NCBI GenBank assembly: GCA_964420125.1
Contig: CAYQQQ010000019.1
Coordinates: 1-64,000, forward strand
Reading direction: 5' to 3'
From: an uncultured Microthrixaceae bacterium
Lineage (GTDB): Bacteria > Actinomycetota > Acidimicrobiia > Acidimicrobiales > Microtrichaceae
Length of the DNA stretch: 64,000 nucleotides
Shown here: positions 58,215 through 64,000 of the stretch, piece after piece
Numbering within the stretch: position 1 is the first letter of the stretch
Layout of the letters: each line of letters begins with the position of its first letter
Made by a program: the position numbers and the translations under genes
Notes under the pieces: generated by a model
The model's input: only the letters and a program-made list of their open reading frames with translations
What the model was told of the DNA's origin: nothing
The model's database searches: none

Positions 58215-58577
58215 TCAGCCGGCCGTGGCGCTGAGCTGTGCGCGCACCTCGTCCATGTCGAGCTCCTGTGCCTGGCGGATCAGGTCCTCCAGCCCGGCCT
58301 CCGGCAGCGCGCCCGCCTGGTTGTAGAGCAGGACGCCGTCGCGGAACACCATCAGCGTGGGGATGGACATCACGCCCAGGGAGCCCGCGAGCGCCTGCTC
58401 GGCCTCGGTGTCGACCTTGGCGAAGACGATGTCGGGATGGGCCTCCGAGGACTTCTCGAAGATGGGTCCGAACATGCGGCAGGGGCCGCACCAGGATGCC
58501 CAGAGGTCGACCAGCACCGTCCCGTCGGCGGCGACGGTCTGCTCGAAGTTGTCGGCGGTCAGCTCGATCGTGGCCAT
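58215..58577 (-). CDS. trxA: Thioredoxin
   Basis: WCGPC active site, 120 aa, thioredoxin fold. Confidence 0.9.
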   Translation of the reverse strand: MATIELTADNFEQTVAADGTVLVDLWASWCGPCRMFGPIFEKSSEAHPDIVFAKVDTEAEQALAGSLGVMSIPTLMVFRDGVLLYNQAGALPEAGLEDLIRQAQELDMDEVRAQLSATAG

Positions 58578-58644
58578 GTGTCGTTCTTCCTGTCGTCGGT
58601 GGTCGCGGTGTCCGTTGCACCGGATCCTCCAGGATGAACCACCG

Positions 58645-58658
58645 TACCCCATGGGGTA
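58645..58658. promoter_or_regulatory. Perfect 14-bp palindrome TACCCCATGGGGTA in the trxA / monooxygenase divergent promoter (CsoR-family-operator-like)
   Basis: GC-rich TACCC...GGGTA pseudo-palindrome architecture resembling CsoR/CstR operators and the motif upstream of the CsoR-family gene at 63323. Confidence 0.4.
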
Positions 58659-58729
58659 TTCCCGCAGCCGCGCACGGACCTGTCGGGCTGACGGCTATCC
58701 TCCCGCCGGTCCCGAACCAGGAGCTGCCC

Positions 58730-60259
58730 GTGAGCTTGGACCACCTCCCAGCCGAGCCTGAGGCCGGCACCGAGGGAGTCGAGCGCGTGAGGTCGGTCGA
58801 CGTGGCGATCGTCGGTGCCGGCGCCGGGGGGTTGTGCATGGCGGCCCGCCTCCGTGAGCAGGGCATCGAGGACCTGGTGATCCTCGAGAAGTCCGACGGG
58901 GTCGGAGGCACCTGGCGCGACAACACCTATCCGGACGCCGCCTGCGACGTCCCCTCCCATCTCTACAGCTTCTCCTTCGCCACCAAGGCAGACTGGAGTC
59001 GCAAGTGGGCCAAGCAGCCGGAGATCCTCGGCTACTTCGAGCACGTCGTCCAGCGCTACGACCTGGAACGCCACCTCGAGCTGCGCACCGAGGTCGCGGA
59101 GTGCCGGTGGCTCGACGCGGCGCAGTGCTGGGAGCTGCGCACCGCAGCCGGTCCTCGGTTGCGCGCCCGGGTGGTGATCTGCGCCCTCGGCCAGCTCAAC
59201 GTGCCGTACATCCCCGAGCTGCCGGGCCTCGGGGACTTCGACGGCACGGTGTTCCACTCGGCGCGCTGGGACCACGAGCACGATCTGCGTGGCGAACGGG
59301 TGGGTGTCGTCGGCGTCGGGGCCTCGGCCATCCAGTTCGTGCCGCCGGTGGCCGACGTCGCCGCGTCGGTCACGCTCTTCCAACGCAGCCCCAACTACGT
59401 GGGGCCGAAGCGGGACAGGGAGTTCCGTCGTTGGGAGCGGTGGGCCTTCGCCCGCGTTCCGGGCGTGGCGCGCCTCTACCGAGGGTCCATCTACTGGCGA
59501 CACGAGGCTCGCTTCGCCCTCATGCGCCGCAACTCGCTCCTCGGCCGGCTCCTGCAGGAGGCCTTCCGGCGTCGCGTCCGGGAGCTGGCCGACGACCGTC
59601 TCCCGATGGAGGCCCTGATGCCGGCGTACGCGCCCGGGTGCAAGCGCGTGCTGATCGCGGATCGTTGGTACCCGACGCTACGGCGCGAGAGCGTCGAGGT
59701 CGTCACCTCGCCGGTGCGACGAGTCGTCCCGACGGGGATCGAGTGCGACGACGGTCGTCGATTCCCGCTGGACACGCTCGTGTTCGGCACGGGCTTCCGC
59801 ACCACGGACTTCCTCACCCCGATCCGGGTGACCGGGCGCGACGGTGCAGATCTCGACGCGCTGTGGGCGTCGGGTGCGGCGGCCTACCTCGGCATGGGCA
59901 TGCCGAGGTTCCCGAACCTCTTCCTGCTGTACGGGCCGAACACCAACCTCGGGCACAACTCCATCCTGTTCATGATCGAGCAGCAGGTGGGCTACGTGCT
60001 CGCCGCCCTGGAGCAGCTGCGCCAACGGGGGGCGACCTCCATGGAGGTCACGGACGGGGCGATGGCGCGCTGGGAGCGCGAGGTGCGTCGCCGAGCGGAG
60101 GAGACGGTGTGGGCCGAGGGGTGCGGCAGCTGGTACACGACCGACGACGGTCGACTCACCAACAACTGGGTGGGTCGCACGACGGAGTACCGGCGCCGAC
60201 TGCGCCGCCCGCGCTGGACGGACTGGTCGTTCCACGTCGGCAAGCCGAACCTCAGCTGA
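58730..60259 (+). CDS. Type I Baeyer-Villiger / flavin-containing monooxygenase
   Basis: FAD GxGxxG AIVGAGAGG, BVMO fingerprint FDGTVFHSARWD, second Rossmann VGVVGVGASA; CCAGGAG RBS before GTG 58730. Confidence 0.8.
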   Translation: MSLDHLPAEPEAGTEGVERVRSVDVAIVGAGAGGLCMAARLREQGIEDLVILEKSDGVGGTWRDNTYPDAACDVPSHLYSFSFATKADWSRKWAKQPEILGYFEHVVQRYDLERHLELRTEVAECRWLDAAQCWELRTAAGPRLRARVVICALGQLNVPYIPELPGLGDFDGTVFHSARWDHEHDLRGERVGVVGVGASAIQFVPPVADVAASVTLFQRSPNYVGPKRDREFRRWERWAFARVPGVARLYRGSIYWRHEARFALMRRNSLLGRLLQEAFRRRVRELADDRLPMEALMPAYAPGCKRVLIADRWYPTLRRESVEVVTSPVRRVVPTGIECDDGRRFPLDTLVFGTGFRTTDFLTPIRVTGRDGADLDALWASGAAAYLGMGMPRFPNLFLLYGPNTNLGHNSILFMIEQQVGYVLAALEQLRQRGATSMEVTDGAMARWEREVRRRAEETVWAEGCGSWYTTDDGRLTNNWVGRTTEYRRRLRRPRWTDWSFHVGKPNLS

Positions 60260-61808
60260 GCGGCGCCACCATCGCCTCCACCACCGACGGGCCCTCCACG
60301 GCGAACGCCGCCTCGAGCTGCTCGGTGAACTCCTCGGCGGTGGTGGCGCGGGACGCGTGCGCGACGCCGCAGCCCTCGGCCAGCGCCACGAAGTCGAGAT
60401 CGGGTCGGTCGATCCGCAACATGGCGTTGGCCCGCTCGCCGTCGCCGGTGGCACCGACCCGATCGAGCTCCATCTTCAGCACGGCGTAGGCGCTGTTGTT
60501 CAGGATCACGGTGGTGACGTCGAGTCCCTCGCGGACCTGTGTCCACCAGGACTGCAGCGTGTACATGGCGCTGCCGTCGGCCTGCAGGCTGAAGACCTTG
60601 CGGTCCGGGCAGGCGATCGCCGCGCCGGTGGCCACCGGCATGCCGTAGCCGATCGCTCCGCCGGTCAGGGTCATCCAGTCGTGGGGCGGGGCGCCGGCGG
60701 TCATCCCGGCGACGAACAGCCCGGTGGTGTTGCCCTCGTCGGCGACGATCGCATCCTCGGGCAGCAGTGCCCCCACGGCGGCCGCCATGGTCTGCGCTGT
60801 GAGGGCGCCTGTCGGCCGCTCGGGTCGGGATGCGGGAGCCGCAGGTGCCTCCGCATCGCCAGCGAGGAGGTCGGCCAGCTCGGCCAGGGCGGTAGCCGAA
60901 TCGTCACCGGGGAGGCTGAGGTGGTGCACCGTGCAACCGGCGGGAACCAGCTCCGAGGGCTTCTCCGGATAGGCGAAGAACGACACCGGGGCGCTGGCTT
61001 CCACGAGGATCAGGTGCTTGAGGCCGTCGAGCTGCATCTGCGCGAACTCCGCGAGGTAGCCCAGGCGTTCCGCAGGGACGCGGCCTGCTCCGCGCTCGTA
61101 GCGCGCGGGGAAGGTCTCCGCGAGGAGCTTGGCTCCGGTGGCGGCGGCGACGCGGCCGGCGTCGGCCAACGGGCCTGCCAGGCAGGCGGTGCCGCCGACG
61201 AAGAGGCCGCACGGCTCGCCGCTGCGCAGGATCTTGGCCACCTCTTCCAGCCGCCCCGACTCCACGGGGTTCGCCCGGGGGACGGGGAGGGGGGCGGCCG
61301 GCCCACCGGAGGGGAGCCAGCTGGCATCCGCCGGCAGGATCAGGGTGGAGATCTGCCCCGGAGGACCGTGGGCGGCGGCGACCGCCTCCGCAGCGTCTCG
61401 AGCGACGTCCTCGGGGGAGTTGCTGCGGCGGACCCATCCCTCGAGGCTGGCGGCGATGGAGGCGATGTCCGACTGCAGCGGCGCGTCGTAGCGGGCGTGG
61501 TAGGTGGCGTGGTCGCCGACGACGTTCACGACGGGAGTGCGGGCGCGGCGTGCGTTGTGGAGGTTGGCCAGGCCGTTGCCGAGCCCGGGACCGAGGTGCA
61601 GCAGCACGGCCGCGGGTCGTCCGGCCATGCGTCCGTAGCCGTCCGCCGCGCCGGTGGCCACCCCTTCGAAGAGGGCGAGCACCCCACGCATCTCGGGCAC
61701 GTCGTCGAGGGCGGCCACGAAGTGCATCTCCGAGGTGCCGGGGTTCATGAAGCAGGTGTCGACTCCGGAGTCGATCAGCGTGCGGATGAGTGCGTTGGCG
61801 CCGTTCAT
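60252..61808 (-). CDS. Thiamine-diphosphate-dependent enzyme (benzoylformate decarboxylase / acetolactate synthase-like)
   Basis: Three-domain ThDP enzyme architecture; ThDP-binding GDG-type motif (LQADGSAMYT...NN). Confidence 0.85.
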   Translation of the reverse strand: MNGANALIRTLIDSGVDTCFMNPGTSEMHFVAALDDVPEMRGVLALFEGVATGAADGYGRMAGRPAAVLLHLGPGLGNGLANLHNARRARTPVVNVVGDHATYHARYDAPLQSDIASIAASLEGWVRRSNSPEDVARDAAEAVAAAHGPPGQISTLILPADASWLPSGGPAAPLPVPRANPVESGRLEEVAKILRSGEPCGLFVGGTACLAGPLADAGRVAAATGAKLLAETFPARYERGAGRVPAERLGYLAEFAQMQLDGLKHLILVEASAPVSFFAYPEKPSELVPAGCTVHHLSLPGDDSATALAELADLLAGDAEAPAAPASRPERPTGALTAQTMAAAVGALLPEDAIVADEGNTTGLFVAGMTAGAPPHDWMTLTGGAIGYGMPVATGAAIACPDRKVFSLQADGSAMYTLQSWWTQVREGLDVTTVILNNSAYAVLKMELDRVGATGDGERANAMLRIDRPDLDFVALAEGCGVAHASRATTAEEFTEQLEAAFAVEGPSVVEAMVAPLS

Positions 61809-61835
61809 GTTGGGTGTGCTCCGCTGCGGTGGGGG

Positions 61836-63209
61836 TCAGAAGATGGTGTCGGGGTTCATGATGCCCTTCGGGTCGAAGGCGGCCTTGATCCGGCGCATGA
61901 GCGCCAGCTTGGCGGGGTCCTCGAGGGCCAGGAGGTGGTCCCGCTTGGCGTGGCCGATGCCGTGCTCGGCGGAGATGGCGCCCCCGAGGGCGATGCCGGC
62001 TTGGAGGAGGTCGTGCATCACGCCCTCGCGCACCTCGGCATCGCCGTTGCAGAACACCCCGAGGTGCACGTTGCCGTCGCCGGCGTGGCCGCAGCCCGCG
62101 ATCCAGGCTCCGTAGCGAGCGCCGATCTCCGACACGCTCGCCATGTACTCGGGGATCCTGGCCCGGGGGACGACGACGTCCACGACCTCGTCGGCGTTGT
62201 TGGCCTTGGAGATCCAGAAGGCCTTCTCGCGGGCGTCGATGAGCTGCTCTGCGGAGTGGGGCGGCAGGACGTACACGTCGAGGGCGCCGAGCTCCCCGAG
62301 CTGGAGTGCCAGGCTCTCGGTGTCCTGCTCCAGGCGGTCCTCGTGGGAGCTCTCCAGCATGACCACGAGGTAGGCCAGCGCGGCTTCGCGGACCTCCTCG
62401 GGGATGCCGAGGTCGAGGCCGACGAAGGCCGTGGCTGCCGCCATCGTCATCATGTCGATGTACTCGAGGATGAGCGGGCCGATCCCGGAGTCGACGATCC
62501 GCGGCACGGCAGCGGTCACCTCCTCCAACGTGGAGAACGGTGCCAGCACGGTTGCCTGGTGGGGGAGCCGGGGCTGCAGCTTGAGGGTGATCTCGGTCAC
62601 CAGGGCCAGGGTGCCCTCGCTGCCCACCACGAGCTGGGTGAGGTCGTAGCCCGAGGTGGCCTTCACGAAGCGCCCGCCGCTGCGAAGGACCTCCCCGCCG
62701 GGGAGCACGAGCTCCAAGCCGAGCACGTGGTGGCGGGTGACGCCGTACTTGACGGCCCGCATCCCACCGGCGTTGGTGTTCACGTTGCCGCCGAGGCTGG
62801 CGGAGTACTCCCCGGGGTAGACCGGGTACACGAAGCCGTGCCGGGCGAGCTCCTCATCCAGCTCGTTGAGGCGTACCCCGGGCTGCACCACCACGACGTG
62901 GTTGTCGGCGTCGACCTCCAGGATGCGGTTCATCCGCTCGAAGCTCACCAGGATGCCGTCGGAACGGGCGATGGCCGCGCCCGAGAGCCCGGTGCCGGCA
63001 CCCCGCCCGGTCACGGGGATCCCGTGCTCGTCGGCCACCCGCAGCACCGCGGCCACCTCCGCGGTGCTCTCCGGGGTCACCACTGCGGCGGGCCGGCACG
63101 CGCTGATGGTGAGGGCCTCGTCGTGGGTGTAGTCCTCGCCGATGTCGTCGCCCATCAGCACGCGGCCCTCGGGGAGGGACGCGGCGAGCAGGCGTTGGAC
63201 GTCGGTCAT
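61836..63209 (-). CDS. FAD-linked oxidase (GlcD / D-lactate dehydrogenase family)
   Basis: FAD_binding_4 motifs GRGAGTGLSGAAI, C-terminal FAD-oxidase domain GISAEHGIGHAKRDHL; AGGAGGA RBS before ATG 63209. Confidence 0.85.
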   Translation of the reverse strand: MTDVQRLLAASLPEGRVLMGDDIGEDYTHDEALTISACRPAAVVTPESTAEVAAVLRVADEHGIPVTGRGAGTGLSGAAIARSDGILVSFERMNRILEVDADNHVVVVQPGVRLNELDEELARHGFVYPVYPGEYSASLGGNVNTNAGGMRAVKYGVTRHHVLGLELVLPGGEVLRSGGRFVKATSGYDLTQLVVGSEGTLALVTEITLKLQPRLPHQATVLAPFSTLEEVTAAVPRIVDSGIGPLILEYIDMMTMAAATAFVGLDLGIPEEVREAALAYLVVMLESSHEDRLEQDTESLALQLGELGALDVYVLPPHSAEQLIDAREKAFWISKANNADEVVDVVVPRARIPEYMASVSEIGARYGAWIAGCGHAGDGNVHLGVFCNGDAEVREGVMHDLLQAGIALGGAISAEHGIGHAKRDHLLALEDPAKLALMRRIKAAFDPKGIMNPDTIF

Positions 63210-63322
63210 CGTGTCCTCCTGGGCGGCGGTCGGAGGGCCAGTCTGCCCCACGCGGCGTGGAGGTTCCCAGCACGGCGGCGAACGCGCCCGGGTCGGTGGG
63301 CACTGGCACGACCCTGCGACTG

Positions 63323-63338
63323 ATACCGTGGGGGGTAC
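63323..63338. promoter_or_regulatory. CsoR-operator-like pseudo-palindrome ATACCGTGGGGGGTAC
   Basis: TACC-N-GGGGGTA architecture matching the recalled CsoR operator form (e.g. B. subtilis copZA operator TACCCTACGGGGGTAT); about 50 bp upstream of the CsoR-family gene. Confidence 0.4.
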
Positions 63339-63388
63339 AAGAGCGGTGGTGTGGGTCGACGTCCCGCACCTGAGGACGAGGAGCGCCG

Positions 63389-63658
63389 ATGGAGATCCCC
63401 GAGGAGGTGCGGGCCGAGCTGCTGAAGCGGTTGCGGCGGGCGGAGGGCCAGGTCCGCGCCGTGCAGCGGATGTTGGACGAGGGCGCGGAGTGCCGGGATC
63501 TCATCACCCAGATCTCCGCAGCCTCGAAGGCCATCGATCAGGTGGGGTTCCGCTTGCTCGCCACCGGAATGGCCCAGTGCGCCGAGGACCCTCGCCGGGC
63601 GGAGGCGGAGGGATACCCCCTCGCGGAGATCGAGCGCCTGTTCACGAAGCTCGCCTGA
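63389..63658 (+). CDS. CsoR/RcnR-family (DUF156) repressor lacking all histidines (two-Cys, CstR-like)
   Basis: DUF156 signature AECRDLITQISAASKAID; Cys35 and Cys64 present but position 60 is Gly and the protein has no His at all. Confidence 0.8.
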   Translation: MEIPEEVRAELLKRLRRAEGQVRAVQRMLDEGAECRDLITQISAASKAIDQVGFRLLATGMAQCAEDPRRAEAEGYPLAEIERLFTKLA

Positions 63659-63659
63659 G

Positions 63660-64000
63660 ATGGCCGAGGGGATCCCGAGCGTCGCACCGGAGTGCGTCCT
63701 CGACCACGTGGAGCCCGGCACCGACCTGGTCGTGCCCCTGGCCAACGGTGAACCGGTGAGCCTGCTGGATGCCGTCGAGTCGGCGGCCGATCGGCTGGAC
63801 GGCGTGCGAGTGCACCAGATGCACGTGCTCCACGAACGCCCCTACCTGGACGGTCGCCACGGCGACCGACTCCGCCACGTGTCGTACTTCCTCTCGCACG
63901 TGACGCGCCCGCACCTCCACCACGGAGGACTCGACTTCGTCCCCACGCACTTCTCGGAGGTCCCCCTCCTGCTCGAGCACACGACGCGGCGCCCGCTGAT
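63660..64000 (+). CDS. Acetyl-CoA hydrolase/transferase-family protein, N-terminal part (runs off window)
   Basis: Open frame from ATG 63660 to window end; N-terminal pattern (DHVEPGTDLVVPLANGEP...YFLSHVTRP) consistent with the AcetylCoA_hydro N-domain. Confidence 0.45.
   Translation, partial: MAEGIPSVAPECVLDHVEPGTDLVVPLANGEPVSLLDAVESAADRLDGVRVHQMHVLHERPYLDGRHGDRLRHVSYFLSHVTRPHLHHGGLDFVPTHFSEVPLLLEHTTRRPL

Overview
This is a very high-GC (about 70-72%) actinobacterial-type chromosomal segment, densely packed with about 60 protein-coding genes and no recognisable rRNA, tRNA, CRISPR array or transposase. Because of the GC content, almost every long ORF has an equally long antisense or out-of-frame shadow ORF. 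Genes were called only where the translation shows recognisable family motifs or strong GC3-biased, protein-like sequence.

Gene content, left to right:
- A 5'-truncated DUF222/HNH endonuclease gene at the window edge.
- A lipoprotein with two tandem LCCL domains.
- Two type-I sulfatases carrying the CxPxR motif.
- An ABC permease/ATPase pair.
- A flotillin-like SPFH protein.
- An APH-like/P-loop kinase fusion behind a cation:proton antiporter.
- fumC, uspA, a beta-lactamase-family serine hydrolase, a molybdopterin oxidoreductase with a CMD-family partner, and a small lipoprotein.
- A metal island: a divergent znuC / znuA-znuB zinc-uptake locus with a 17-bp palindrome in the shared promoter, followed by a CueR-type MerR regulator, a CopA P1B-ATPase and a CopZ-like chaperone. 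A CCTTCGAG-N4-CTCGAAGG dyad sits inside the 3' end of znuB.
- A YibE/F membrane protein and a thioesterase.
- An 893-aa secreted protein with a Thr-rich stalk encoded by a degenerate codon repeat and a C-terminal LAFTG sorting signal (class E sortase type).
- An MmpL transporter with an OmpR-type response regulator and histidine kinase.
- Divergent to that two-component system: an operon of a secreted acidic His-rich protein, a small membrane protein, an ApbE FAD:protein FMN-transferase and a ferric-reductase-like heme membrane protein. This looks like an extracytosolic flavin/heme electron-transfer module with an unidentified flavinylation target.
- pfkA, an MFS transporter, a Tat-signal PhoX-like phosphatase and an fbpABC-type iron(III) ABC transporter.
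- A GH38 alpha-mannosidase, azlCD and an orphan PilZ protein.
- An oxidative catabolic cluster: TetR, P450, SDR, aldehyde dehydrogenase, HIBADH-like dehydrogenase, thioredoxin, a type I Baeyer-Villiger monooxygenase, a ThDP enzyme and an FAD oxidase.
- A CsoR-family repressor that contains no histidine at all, so it cannot form the Cu(I) Cys-His-Cys site. A CsoR-operator-like GC-rich pseudo-palindrome lies upstream of it, and a related perfect 14-bp palindrome lies in the thioredoxin/monooxygenase divergent promoter.

The most interesting candidate systems are the ApbE/ferric-reductase-like module under the divergent two-component system, the His-less two-Cys CsoR-family regulator with its putative two-operator regulon, and the LAFTG-anchored giant surface protein.
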